Source of the DNA: Bacteroidales bacterium
GTDB lineage: Bacteria > Bacteroidota > Bacteroidia > Bacteroidales > P3
Assembly (NCBI GenBank): GCA_017477485.1
Contig: JAFUVR010000037.1
Coordinates: 6,949-70,948 of the forward strand
DNA: 64,000 bases
Direction: 5' to 3'
Part shown: positions 19,867 to 29,661 of the stretch, piece by piece
Numbering within the stretch: position 1 is the stretch's first letter
Layout of the letters: every line of letters starts with the position of its first letter
Notes under the pieces: model-generated
What the model was told of the DNA's origin: nothing
The model's database searches: none
The model's input: only the letters and a program-made list of their open reading frames with translations
Position numbers and translations under genes: made by a program

Positions 19867-21219
19867 ATGGCTTCTTTCGAGATTACGGGCGGATACAGCC
19901 TGAAAGGCGAGATAGTGCCGCAGGGGGCTAAGAACGAGGCCCTGCAAGTCATCAGCGCCGTGCTGCTGACCAGCGAGCGGGTAGTGATAGAAAACGTGCC
20001 CGACATACGCGATGTCAACAAGCTCATAGACCTGCTGATGCTGCTGGGCGTGAGGGTGCGCGAGGTGCAGCCCAGCACCCCGCTCCTCGACCCGTGGAGC
20101 CGCACCTACGAGTTTCAGACCGACCAGATCAACCTCGACCAGCTCTCCACGGCCTCTTTTGCCAAGCTGGCCACCGAGTTGCGCGGCAGCATCCTGCTGG
20201 TAGGGCCGCTGTTGTCACGCTTCGGACGGGCACTGATACCCCACCCGGGTGGCGACAAGATAGGCCGACGGCGCCTCGACACCCACTTCTTCGGCATGGA
20301 GAAGCTGGGGGCCACCGTAGAATACAAAGCCTACGGACGCAGCGGGAGCCGGATGAGCGGCTACGAGGTCAGCGCCGAACGACTGCGCGGCTGCTACATG
20401 CTGCTCGACGAAGCCAGCGTGACAGGCACGGCAAACATCGTGATGGCCTCGGTGCTGGCCGAAGGCACCACCACCATCATGAATGCCGCCTGCGAGCCCT
20501 ACGTCTACCAGCTGTGCAATATGCTCAACGCCATGGGGGCCAAGATTAGCGGCGTGGGCTCCAACCGGCTGACCATCGAGGGCGTGACGTCGCTGCACGG
20601 ATGCACCCACCGCCTGCTGCCCGACATGATAGAGGTGGGCAGCTTCATAGGCATGGCCGCCATGACGCAGGGCAACATCACCATCAAGAACGCACAGGTG
20701 GAACACCTCGGGCTGATACCGCAAGTGTTTCGGCGGCTGGGCGTCGACGTGTGGCAGAAAGGAGACGACCTCTATGTGCCACCTCAAGACCACTACGAGA
20801 TAGAACGCTTCATGGACGGCTCCATCATGACGGTGTCCGATGCACCGTGGCCCGGCTTCACCGCCGACCTCATCAGCATAGCCCTCGTGGTGGCCACCCA
20901 GGCCAAAGGCAGCGTGCTGATACACCAGAAGATGTTCGAGAGCCGCCTCTTCTTCGTGGACAAACTGATCGATATGGGAGCCCAGATTATCCTCTGCGAC
21001 CCTCACCGCGCCACCGTCATAGGGCTGGACCACCAGCACAAGCTGAGGGGGCTCAACATGGTGTCGCCCGACATACGTGCCGGCGTGGCCCTCCTCATAG
21101 CAGCCCTCAGCGCCGACGGCAAGAGCCGCATCGACAACATAGAGCAGATAGACCGCGGCTACCAGCACATCGACGAACGCCTCCGCCGCCTCGGTGCCAA
21201 CATCGTCCGGCTGGGATAG
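19867..21219 (+). CDS. murA: UDP-N-acetylglucosamine 1-carboxyvinyltransferase
   Basis: MASFEITGGYSLKGEIVPQGAKNEALQVISAVLLT.., 450 aa with full-length MurA architecture. Confidence 0.9.
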   Translation: MASFEITGGYSLKGEIVPQGAKNEALQVISAVLLTSERVVIENVPDIRDVNKLIDLLMLLGVRVREVQPSTPLLDPWSRTYEFQTDQINLDQLSTASFAKLATELRGSILLVGPLLSRFGRALIPHPGGDKIGRRRLDTHFFGMEKLGATVEYKAYGRSGSRMSGYEVSAERLRGCYMLLDEASVTGTANIVMASVLAEGTTTIMNAACEPYVYQLCNMLNAMGAKISGVGSNRLTIEGVTSLHGCTHRLLPDMIEVGSFIGMAAMTQGNITIKNAQVEHLGLIPQVFRRLGVDVWQKGDDLYVPPQDHYEIERFMDGSIMTVSDAPWPGFTADLISIALVVATQAKGSVLIHQKMFESRLFFVDKLIDMGAQIILCDPHRATVIGLDHQHKLRGLNMVSPDIRAGVALLIAALSADGKSRIDNIEQIDRGYQHIDERLRRLGANIVRLG

Positions 21220-21283
21220 AGCATCCTTGCCGACGGACTCTTCCACTACGCACCCCTCACCAACCACTAACAAGCAAAGCACG

Positions 21284-22048
21284 ATGTTTGAATTTCTGAG
21301 AAAGAAGAACAAGATAGAACCGATTTTCGAGGTGCTGGGCATCGACATGCACAACCACATGATACCCTGCGTCGACGACGGATCGGAGAGCCTTGAGATG
21401 AGTGCCGAATGCATCACCACCATGTGGCAGGCCGGATTCCGCCAGATGTATGTAACGCCGCACTTTAACTATCCCAAATACCCCAACGACGAGGACGATA
21501 TCACACGGCGCTACGGCGAACTGAAGCACTATCTCGCCGACCAAGGCGTAGAGATGGAGCTGCTGGGCATCGGCGGCGAATATCGCATTGACGACGGTTT
21601 CGCCGACCGGATGAAGGAGCCCCGCTTCCTCACCATAGGAAGCGACAACTACCTGCTGCTCGAAATCTCGCTCCACCACCACCGCATGGGCTTCGAGAAC
21701 ATCATCTACGACATACAGATGCTCGACCAGCAGGTCATCCTCGCCCACCCTGAACGATACCTGTATCTCGACGTAGACTCGTCGAAATTTGAAAAACTGA
21801 AAGACCAAGGGGTCATATTCCAGTGCAATATACTCTCCCTCAGCGGTTTTTATGGCAGCGAAGCACAGCGGCGCGCCTTGAAACTGATAGAGAAAGGATG
21901 GGTGGAACTGTTGGGCACCGACATGCACAACACCGCCTACGCCCGTGGCCTGCAGGAGGCCACACAGAACAAGACGGTACGCAAAGTGCTGGAACACTAT
22001 GAGTTTATGAACCGCGAATTGATAGAAAAAACACGCAAAAAACTATGA
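21284..22048 (+). CDS. PHP-family tyrosine-protein phosphatase (CpsB/CapC-like)
   Basis: Start at ATG 21284. Metal-binding motif GIDMHNHMIPCVDDG. Confidence 0.7.
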   Translation: MFEFLRKKNKIEPIFEVLGIDMHNHMIPCVDDGSESLEMSAECITTMWQAGFRQMYVTPHFNYPKYPNDEDDITRRYGELKHYLADQGVEMELLGIGGEYRIDDGFADRMKEPRFLTIGSDNYLLLEISLHHHRMGFENIIYDIQMLDQQVILAHPERYLYLDVDSSKFEKLKDQGVIFQCNILSLSGFYGSEAQRRALKLIEKGWVELLGTDMHNTAYARGLQEATQNKTVRKVLEHYEFMNRELIEKTRKKL

Positions 22049-23388
22049 ATACACTCCATGCAATCTCGCCCATCGACGGGCGTTATCGTGGCAAGGTAGA
22101 AAGCCTGGCCGCCTATTTCTCCGAAGGTGCACTGATACGTTATCGTGTGCGCGTGGAGATAGAATATTTCATCGCCCTGGCCCATCAACTCGGCTTCAGC
22201 AAAGAGATGGAAGATGCGTCGATGCAGGAACGTCTGCGCGACATCTATCGCCACTTCACCGATGCCGACGCCCAAGAGATCAAAGAAATCGAGAAGACCA
22301 CCAACCACGACGTGAAAGCCGTAGAATACTTCCTCAAACGGCATTTCGACGCCATGGGGTTGTCGCAATACAAAGAGTTCATCCATTTCGGTCTCACATC
22401 GCAGGACATCAATAACACCTCGGTGCCCCTCTCGATGCGCGAGTGCCACGAGCAGGTGCTGCTGCCCTACTACGAGAAGATTGCCGGCCTCGTGGAGGAA
22501 CGTGCCCAGGAATGGAAAGACATAGCCATGCTGGCCCACACCCACGGACAGCCCGCCTCGCCCACCACGCTGGGCAAGGAATTCGAGGTGATGGCCTACC
22601 GCCTGCGCCGCCAGATAGCGATGCTGAAGGCGATACCCTTCTCGGCCAAATTCGGCGGTGCCACAGGCAACATGAACGCCCACCTCGTGGCCTATCCCGA
22701 CGTGGACTGGCGCCAGTTTGCCAACCGTTTCGTCGGCGAGCAACTCGGGCTGGAGCGCCTGCAATACACCACACAGATCGAGAACTACGACAACATGGCG
22801 GCCTATTTCGATGCCTGCAAACGCATCAACGTGATACTGATAGACCTCTGCCGCGACATCTGGACCTACATCTCGATGAACTATTTCAAGCAGCGCATCA
22901 AGGCCGGCGAGGTGGGCAGTTCTGCCATGCCTCACAAGGTGAACCCCATAGACTTTGAGAATGCCGAAGGCAACCTCGGGCTGGCCAACGCCATCTTCGA
23001 ACACCTGAGCCACAAGCTGCCCATCTCGCGCATGCAGCGCGACCTGACCGACTCCACGGTGAGCCGCAACATCGGCGTCCCCATCGCCCACACCATCATC
23101 TCGCTGGCTTCCATAGAGAAGGGCATGGGCAAACTGCTGCTCAACGAGCAGGCCCTCTACGACGACCTCGAGAACAACTGGGCCGTGGTGGCCGAAGCCA
23201 TACAGACCATCCTGCGCAGCGTGGGCTTCCCCAACCCCTACGAGGCACTGAAGGCCCTGACACGCACCAATAGCAAGGTTACCGCCGAGACCATTGCCGA
23301 CTTTGTGGAACATCTCGACGTGGCCGACGAAGTGAAGGCACGCATCAAGCAAATCACACCTCACAACTACGTGGGCTACAAGCTGTAG
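22045..23388 (+). CDS. purB: Adenylosuccinate lyase
   Basis: Fumarate-lyase signature SSAMPHKVNPIDFEN. ATGA overlap with the preceding gene. Confidence 0.9.
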   Translation: MNTLHAISPIDGRYRGKVESLAAYFSEGALIRYRVRVEIEYFIALAHQLGFSKEMEDASMQERLRDIYRHFTDADAQEIKEIEKTTNHDVKAVEYFLKRHFDAMGLSQYKEFIHFGLTSQDINNTSVPLSMRECHEQVLLPYYEKIAGLVEERAQEWKDIAMLAHTHGQPASPTTLGKEFEVMAYRLRRQIAMLKAIPFSAKFGGATGNMNAHLVAYPDVDWRQFANRFVGEQLGLERLQYTTQIENYDNMAAYFDACKRINVILIDLCRDIWTYISMNYFKQRIKAGEVGSSAMPHKVNPIDFENAEGNLGLANAIFEHLSHKLPISRMQRDLTDSTVSRNIGVPIAHTIISLASIEKGMGKLLLNEQALYDDLENNWAVVAEAIQTILRSVGFPNPYEALKALTRTNSKVTAETIADFVEHLDVADEVKARIKQITPHNYVGYKL

Positions 23389-23639
23389 CATCGAGTACTG
23401 AAAGAAAAACGGGGCATCGCGCTGTCGTCCACCCTGCCCGGGAGGGCGACAGCACCATCCGCCGCCTCAGTCAGGCACATACCCTTCGAGCATCCGCTCA
23501 TCGAAGCCGCCGACACACCTCATGCTTTCGGCCCGACAACGAGCAATGGCATTATCACCAACAAAACATTATCGGTCAGCCGTCAAGCATAGGCAATACA
23601 CATCATTAAGAAACTGAAACGAGTCTGCCGACACGCCTC

Positions 23640-25472
23640 ATGCTCACCCCCCGCTACATACGCCGCCATGCCGGACGCACCGTCTTCTTTGTGGTGATGG
23701 TAGTGCTCATGGTGGTCACCGTCATGAGCACCGCACTATCGGTGGCAGACTTCCTGCGGCTGCTCTTCGGTGCCGAAGTGTCGGCCCTGCCCACGGCAGA
23801 GGGAAACCTGCTCATGCAGGGGCTCAACGAACTCTACGCATGGCTCATAGCCTTCGGACAACGAAAAGCCATACTGCTGTTCGCAATACTCATCTTCGTG
23901 GTCTATACGGTGAAAAACCTCTTCTCCTACACAGCCAACGTCCAGATAGCCATCATCCGGGCCAAAGTGGTGCGCGACCTGCGCAACGACCTCTTTGCCA
24001 AAGCGCTCCGACTGCCCCTCTCCTACTACGGCACCCATCGAAAAGGCGACCTCCTGGCGCGTTTCAGCAACGACATGGTGGAATACGAAGAAAACATCAT
24101 AGGGTCGCTCCAACTCCTCGCCACCGCCGTCATCAGCCTGCTGCTCTATCTCTCCATGCTCCTCTACATCAGCCCCACGCTGACGCTCTTCGTACTCTGC
24201 ACCCTGCCGCTGGTACTGCTCATCGTTTCGGGCATCAGCCACCGTCTGAAACGGCAGTCCAAAGCCGTGCAGGAGAAAAACGCCTACCTCATGGCACTCA
24301 TCGAAGAGACCATCATGGGACTGAAAGTCATCAAAGCCTATACCGCCATCGACTTCTCCAACCGCCGCTTCCGCCACAGCAGCCGCGAGCTGACGCTGAT
24401 GCGCAACCGTGTATACCGTCGTATCTATCTGGCCTCGCCGCTGAGCGAGTTTCTGAGCAGCGTGGTGGTGATAGGCATCCTGCTCTTCGGCTGCTGGCTG
24501 ATTTTCAGCGGTCGCGGAGCACTTACTCCCGAGCTCTTCATCTCCTACATCATGATGTTCGTCCTGATGATAGAGCCCATCAAAAACCTCTCCACCGCCG
24601 TATCGCAGATCAAGAAGGGACGGTCCTGCGCGGCACGTCTGCAACAGCTGCTTGACGAGGACGAGGGTAGCGTGCAGCAGCATCCGGGCCATCTGCCTTT
24701 CGACGGACTGCGGCACAGCATAGAATTCCGCCATGTAGACTTTGCCTACCAAGCCGATAACAACGTGCTGCACGACATCTGCCTCACCCTGCACAAAGGG
24801 CAGCGCGTGGCACTTGTAGGCAGCAGCGGCAGCGGCAAATCGACCATGGCCGACCTCATGGCTCGCTACTACGACGTTACGAGCGGCACGCTGCTCATCG
24901 ACGGCACAGACATCCGCGACTATCGTATAGACTCGTTGCGACGCCACATTGGCATCGTGGCGCAAGAGACCGTGCTCTTCAATGGCACCGTACGCGACAA
25001 CATAGCCTTCGGCATGGCTGATGCCAGCGACAGCGCCATCGAACAGGCCGCACGCATTGCCAACGCCCACGACTTCATCCTACAGCTGTCCGACGGCTAC
25101 GACACCCTCCTTGGCGACGACGGCGACACCCTCTCGGGTGGACAGCGCCAGCGCCTGAGCATTGCCCGTGCGGTGCTGCGCAACCCCGAAATCCTTATCA
25201 TGGACGAGGCCACCAGTGCTCTCGACACCGAGACCGAACGTCAGGTCCAGCAGGCCCTCGACAACGTCATGCAGGGACGCACTGCCCTCATCATCGCCCA
25301 CCGCCTCTCCACCATTGTGGGGGCCGACGAAATCATAGTGCTCGAACAGGGCCGCATCGTCGAACGCGGCACCCACGCTCAACTCTCAGCCCAACAAGGA
25401 CGCTACGCCCATCTTGTGGAGCTGCAAAACATCAAAACAGCCACAACAAAGCCCACCACTGAGCACAACTGA
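23640..25472 (+). CDS. ABC transporter, fused permease/ATPase (MsbA-like exporter)
   Basis: Six N-terminal TM helices, Walker A GSSGSGKST, signature LSGGQRQR and Walker B ILIMDEATSALD. Confidence 0.85.
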   Translation: MLTPRYIRRHAGRTVFFVVMVVLMVVTVMSTALSVADFLRLLFGAEVSALPTAEGNLLMQGLNELYAWLIAFGQRKAILLFAILIFVVYTVKNLFSYTANVQIAIIRAKVVRDLRNDLFAKALRLPLSYYGTHRKGDLLARFSNDMVEYEENIIGSLQLLATAVISLLLYLSMLLYISPTLTLFVLCTLPLVLLIVSGISHRLKRQSKAVQEKNAYLMALIEETIMGLKVIKAYTAIDFSNRRFRHSSRELTLMRNRVYRRIYLASPLSEFLSSVVVIGILLFGCWLIFSGRGALTPELFISYIMMFVLMIEPIKNLSTAVSQIKKGRSCAARLQQLLDEDEGSVQQHPGHLPFDGLRHSIEFRHVDFAYQADNNVLHDICLTLHKGQRVALVGSSGSGKSTMADLMARYYDVTSGTLLIDGTDIRDYRIDSLRRHIGIVAQETVLFNGTVRDNIAFGMADASDSAIEQAARIANAHDFILQLSDGYDTLLGDDGDTLSGGQRQRLSIARAVLRNPEILIMDEATSALDTETERQVQQALDNVMQGRTALIIAHRLSTIVGADEIIVLEQGRIVERGTHAQLSAQQGRYAHLVELQNIKTATTKPTTEHN

Positions 25473-25714
25473 AGCCTGCCTCTCAGAGCGGCATCCATGC
25501 ATGGCTCCTCGCATCGTTTCCAGCCTTTTCCGCCCTACATGAGTCGAGTGTAAACCAACGCATGCCGTTGGCATCATCATCGACCCATAAGCCTTTTGTG
25601 CAAGATGAGTTCTTCATGGTATTCCTCGAAGTCAGCAAAAAAGATTTGGACAGACTCGAAAGATTTCGGGGCATCATGAAAAAATCGAAAACCAGACAAC
25701 GCTTACAACGTAGC

Positions 25715-25748
25715 AAAAAAAAATGCTGCCCACTGGTGTGGACAGCAT
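25715..25748 (-). terminator. Intrinsic terminator of rplY
   Basis: ATGCTGCCCAC-tggt-GTGGACAGCAT hairpin. An A9 run on the + strand gives a U-run after the hairpin on the minus transcript. Confidence 0.65.
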
Positions 25749-25773
25749 AGTTGAAGCAATAAAAACCAAAGTA

Positions 25774-26349
25774 TTATTCTTCTGTCTCGGCAGCGGCGGT
25801 AGCAGCAGCACGGGTGCTGTTGACAACGACAACCTCGCTGCTCTTGGGGTTGAGAATCTGGAAGTTGTTGGCCTCGATATCCTGAACCTTGATACGCTGT
25901 GCCACATCAAGCTTGGTGATGTCGAGAAGAATCTCGCTGGGCATATTGGCGGGCAGAGCCTTGACATTGAGGCGTTTCTGTTTGTAAGCCAGTTTGCCGC
26001 CCTTCATTACGCCAACGGAGGTACCAGTGGTGTGGACAGGGATAGACATGACAACTGCCTTATCATCGCTCAGTTCATAGAAATCGGCATGATAGACAAT
26101 GTCGGTTACGGGATGGAACTGGATGTCCTTCAGCATGGCGCGACGTTTCTCACCGCCCAGCTCGATGTCGACGAAGCAAGGTGCGGGGTTGAAGAGGATG
26201 CGCTGGAAGTCGACCTGGTTGAGGGCGAACTGGACCTGCTCGGTCTTGCCATACATGACACAGGGGACTTTGTCCTCGCGACGCAAAGCCTTAGCATCTT
26301 TTTTCCCTACGTTCTCTCGGAGAGAACCGCTCATAGATACTATTCTCAT
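25774..26349 (-). CDS. rplY: 50S ribosomal protein L25/general stress protein Ctc
   Basis: MRIVSMSGSLRENVGKKDAKALRREDKVPCVMYG.., 191 aa. Confidence 0.85.
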   Translation of the reverse strand: MRIVSMSGSLRENVGKKDAKALRREDKVPCVMYGKTEQVQFALNQVDFQRILFNPAPCFVDIELGGEKRRAMLKDIQFHPVTDIVYHADFYELSDDKAVVMSIPVHTTGTSVGVMKGGKLAYKQKRLNVKALPANMPSEILLDITKLDVAQRIKVQDIEANNFQILNPKSSEVVVVNSTRAAATAAAETEE

Positions 26350-26400
26350 GGTTTTAAGAATTAAATTGTGAAAATAAAAAAATATGAATTAAAAAAAGGA

Positions 26401-27381
26401 TTACAACTTGTAAGGGACACCCTTGCGATGGATGGTGGTCTCATAGAGGTTGTCGATAGACTCGTGCTTGACGATGCGGTTGAGAGCCTCGGCAAAGAGC
26501 CAGTCGCAGGAGAGGACATGGATCTTGTCGGACTTGCGCCGCAGCGGGATGCTGTCGGTAACGACGAGTTCTTCGAGGGCAGAGGCCTCCACCTTCTCGA
26601 TGGCCTGGCCCGAGAGCACAGGATGGGTAATCATGGCACGCACACTCTTGGCACCATTGTCCATGATGATGCCGGCGGCCTTGCAGATGGTAGAGCCCGT
26701 GTCGATAATGTCGTCAAGGAGGATGACATGCTTGCCCTTGACATCGCCAATGAGGCGCATCTCGCCGATTTCGTTGGGCTTGTTGCGATGCTTATAGCAC
26801 ATCACAAAGCTGTTGCCGAGGGTCTTGGCATACTGGCCGGCACGGCGGCTGCCGCCGAGGTCGGGCGAGGCAAAGAGCACATCATCATAGTCGAACGTCT
26901 CACGGATATAAGGCATGAACAGCGAGCTGCCGAAGAGGTGATCGACGGGCAGGTCGAAATAGCCCTGGATCTGGTCGGCATGCAGGTCCATGGTCACCAC
27001 ACGGTTGACGCCGGCAGCACTCAGCATGTTGGCAATCATCTTGGAGGCAATGGGCACATGGGGCTTATCTTTGCGGTCCTGACGGGCAAAGCCGTAGTAG
27101 GGGATGACCGCCACCACCTTGTCGGCAGAGGCACGACGGGCAGCATCCACCATCATGAGGAGCTCGAAGAGGTTGTCCGTTGGCGGGATGGTGGACTGGA
27201 TGATAAAGACAATGCCGCCGCGAATGCTCTCCTCGAAAGAGGGCTGAAACTCGCCATCGGCATACTGAAAGACTTCCGATTTGCCCAGGGAGATGCCGTA
27301 TTTCTCGGCAATGCGGCTGGCGAGGTCGCGCGTGGCACGGCCTGCGAAAATGAATACTTTATCGTTGTAGTGATCGCTCAT
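26401..27381 (-). CDS. prs: Ribose-phosphate pyrophosphokinase
   Basis: DLHADQIQGYF and the PRPP-binding motif VILLDDIIDTGSTI. ATG 27381 is preferred over TTG 27405 because the -7 box lies at 27403-27410. Confidence 0.9.
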   Translation of the reverse strand: MSDHYNDKVFIFAGRATRDLASRIAEKYGISLGKSEVFQYADGEFQPSFEESIRGGIVFIIQSTIPPTDNLFELLMMVDAARRASADKVVAVIPYYGFARQDRKDKPHVPIASKMIANMLSAAGVNRVVTMDLHADQIQGYFDLPVDHLFGSSLFMPYIRETFDYDDVLFASPDLGGSRRAGQYAKTLGNSFVMCYKHRNKPNEIGEMRLIGDVKGKHVILLDDIIDTGSTICKAAGIIMDNGAKSVRAMITHPVLSGQAIEKVEASALEELVVTDSIPLRRKSDKIHVLSCDWLFAEALNRIVKHESIDNLYETTIHRKGVPYKL

Positions 27382-27402
27382 GGCGTTAGATTTTTGAGTG
27401 TG

Positions 27403-27410
27403 CAAAGGTA
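27403..27410 (-). promoter_or_regulatory. -7 promoter box TACCTTTG (minus strand) for prs
   Basis: + strand CAAAGGTA, 22 nt upstream of ATG 27381. Confidence 0.45.
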
Positions 27411-27462
27411 GTACTATTTTTGCGACCTACAAAAAATATTTTGTCGGTTGTGAAAAAGTGCG

Positions 27463-27470
27463 TATTTTTG
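27463..27470 (+). promoter_or_regulatory. -7 promoter box TATTTTTG for the tRNA-Leu/tRNA-Val pair
   Basis: 27 nt upstream of the tRNA-Leu 5' end. Confidence 0.45.
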
Positions 27471-27496
27471 CACCCGATTTCAAGCGGAGAAGTCAT

Positions 27497-27580
27497 GCCC
27501 AGGTGGCGGAATAGGTAGACGCGTCGGTCTCAAAAACCGATGGGGTAACACCCGTGCCGGTTCGACCCCGGCCCCGGGTA
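27497..27580 (+). tRNA. tRNA-Leu (anticodon CAA), class II with long variable arm
   Basis: Anticodon stem TCGGT/ACCGA, loop CTCAAAA, variable arm TGGGGTAACACCCGT, T-arm GCCGG-TTCGACC-CCGGC. The acceptor GCCCAGG/CCCGGGT carries G1.U72 and an A5.C68 mismatch. Confidence 0.8.
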
Positions 27581-27593
27581 CACAAGACGGATA

Positions 27594-27668
27594 GGGAGTT
27601 TAGCTCAGCTGGTTCAGAGCGCTTGCCTTACAAGCAAGAGGTCATTGGTTCGAGCCCAATAACTCCCA
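27594..27668 (+). tRNA. tRNA-Val (anticodon TAC)
   Basis: Acceptor GGGAGTT/AACTCCC, anticodon stem CTTGC/GCAAG, loop CTTACAA, T-loop GGTTCGAGCCC. Confidence 0.9.
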
Positions 27669-27678
27669 CAAAACGAAG

Positions 27679-27715
27679 CAACAGCCATAAGGAAACGAAG
27701 GGCTGTTGTTTTTTT
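27679..27715 (+). terminator. Intrinsic terminator after tRNA-Val
   Basis: CAACAGCC...GGCTGTTG followed by T7. Confidence 0.7.
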
Positions 27716-27809
27716 AGGTACCCGCGGAATATGCCGCTACCCACGCACCTGCAGGTATTGGTCGTTGCCGCAGCAAACGTCCCCGCCTGTTCAATCAACA
27801 ACGAACGCC

Positions 27810-28199
27810 ATGAAGACTATCCAGAAGAGCCTGACCATCATACTTCTCGCCATCGCCGTGGCCATGGCAGGCTGTAACCGCGACAGCGTGCCGGCGGGGA
27901 TAATGACCGAGGAGGAGATGATAGACTTCCTTTCCGAAGCCTACCTCATCGAGGGCTTCTACGCCATCGAGACGGGCTACAACTATGACAAACTGACCGA
28001 CGATATCGTCAATTCCTATCGAGAACTGCTCGACCGCAAAGGGCTGTCGCAGCAGAAGTTCGAGAAAAGCATCGAATACTATATGCGACACAGCGACCGC
28101 TACGAGCGTGTGCACCAAGCCGTTGTGGACCGTCTCGACGCCATGCAGCCCGACAAAGCCCGAGGCAGCGCATCGCCACAAAACCGGCTGCCGCGATAG
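27810..28199 (+). CDS. DUF4296-like lipoprotein
   Basis: Start at ATG 27810, MKTIQKSLTIILLAIAVAMAGC lipobox, then MTEEEMIDFLSEAYLIEG. Family name is from memory. Confidence 0.6.
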   Translation: MKTIQKSLTIILLAIAVAMAGCNRDSVPAGIMTEEEMIDFLSEAYLIEGFYAIETGYNYDKLTDDIVNSYRELLDRKGLSQQKFEKSIEYYMRHSDRYERVHQAVVDRLDAMQPDKARGSASPQNRLPR

Positions 28200-28460
28200 C
28201 ACCCGCCCACCACAACCCTCAGACAACGAGGGACTCACCTCCGTGATACCTCCGTCAGACCGTCTCGATAGCGCAAACGTCATCGCAACAGCGTGCTACC
28301 ATCCAATCCATCACCACCCGCCCCGACATAACATCACTGAGGGCTTCCGCCCTGACCGACAGAGATAGTATCGTCCGTTTTTTACATTTTTTTAGCATCA
28401 CCACAGATACTTATTTTCCACAAAAATAGTTTTTACATCAGAAAGGAGACAACCCACACC

Positions 28461-29615
28461 ATGAAAAAACTATTTTGCACATTATGCAACGTGGCCTTTG
28501 CCGCCATGTCGCTGACCATTCTGACCAGCTGCAATCAGGCCGACGGCATCCGACCGGATGTAGCCACACAGGTACCACACACCACGCCTGTCACCCACAC
28601 CGCACAGCTGAAATATGTCGATTTCTCGCAAGTGGCCGAGCAAACCATCGACGCCGTGGTGCACATCAAGACCGAGATGACCAAGCTGACCCCCCTCTAT
28701 GAGACCTTCTTCGGCATGATCATAGACCGCGGTGTGCAACGCAAGACTTATAACGCCTTTGGCTCAGGTGTCATCATCTCGCCCGACGGCTACATCGTCA
28801 CCAACAACCACGTGGTGCAAGACGCCGAACGCATCAGTGTTACGCTTAACGACAAGCGCACCCTGCCCGCCCAACTGATAGGCCACGACCCCGCCACCGA
28901 CCTGGCCCTCATCAAGATAGAGACCGACGGACTGCAATGGATTCCGTTCGGCAACAGCGACAGCGTGCGCATCGGCGAACCCGTGCTGGCCATAGGCAAC
29001 CCCTTCAACCTTACCTCCACCGTTACCGCCGGCATCATCAGCGCCAAAGCCCGCAACGTGGGCATCATCGAAAACACACGAGGCCTCGAAAGTCCCATCG
29101 AATCGTTTTTGCAGACCGATGCCGCCGTCAACTCCGGCAATTCCGGCGGCGCCCTCGTCAATGGCGATGCCCAGCTGATAGGCATCATCACCGCCATAGC
29201 GTCAGGCAACGGTTATTACACCGGCTATTCCTTCGCCATCCCCTCCGACCTGGCTCAGAAAGTGGTGGGCGACCTTAAGCAATACGGCTACACCCAACGC
29301 GCCTATCTCGGAGTCAACGTGACCGAAATGACCGAAGAACTGGCCGCCCAGCTCGGCACCCGCGAGCTCAAGGGAATGGTCATCACCCGCATCATCGCCG
29401 ACTGCGCCGCCGACCGTGCAGGCCTGCACGTGGGCGACATCCTCATGGAGGTGGCCGGCGTGGACATCCATTCCTATGCCGAGATGATGGAGGTGTTGGG
29501 CAAGTGCTCGCCAGGCGACAAGGTGGAAGTCGTATACCAACGCAACGGCCAGCCCAAAACCACCACGGTAACCCTGCTCAACGCCATGGGCAACACGCAG
29601 ATCCTACGCCGTTAA
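28461..29615 (+). CDS. HtrA/DegP-like serine protease with one PDZ domain
   Basis: Catalytic triad contexts TNNHVV, DLALIKI and GNSGGALVN, with a C-terminal PDZ-like region. Confidence 0.85.
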   Translation: MKKLFCTLCNVAFAAMSLTILTSCNQADGIRPDVATQVPHTTPVTHTAQLKYVDFSQVAEQTIDAVVHIKTEMTKLTPLYETFFGMIIDRGVQRKTYNAFGSGVIISPDGYIVTNNHVVQDAERISVTLNDKRTLPAQLIGHDPATDLALIKIETDGLQWIPFGNSDSVRIGEPVLAIGNPFNLTSTVTAGIISAKARNVGIIENTRGLESPIESFLQTDAAVNSGNSGGALVNGDAQLIGIITAIASGNGYYTGYSFAIPSDLAQKVVGDLKQYGYTQRAYLGVNVTEMTEELAAQLGTRELKGMVITRIIADCAADRAGLHVGDILMEVAGVDIHSYAEMMEVLGKCSPGDKVEVVYQRNGQPKTTTVTLLNAMGNTQILRR

Positions 29616-29661
29616 GGACATTGCCACATCCATCCAGGCCACAAAACAGCAGACATCCTCC

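Noticed and set aside
25562-25750. 62-aa + ORF between the ABC transporter and rplY
   Set aside because: It is Lys-rich and low-complexity, runs through the rplY terminator hairpin, and has no promoter box.
27382-27405. TTG start for prs
   Set aside because: It would place the start codon inside the -7 promoter box (27403-27410). ATG 27381 gives the usual Prs N-terminus.
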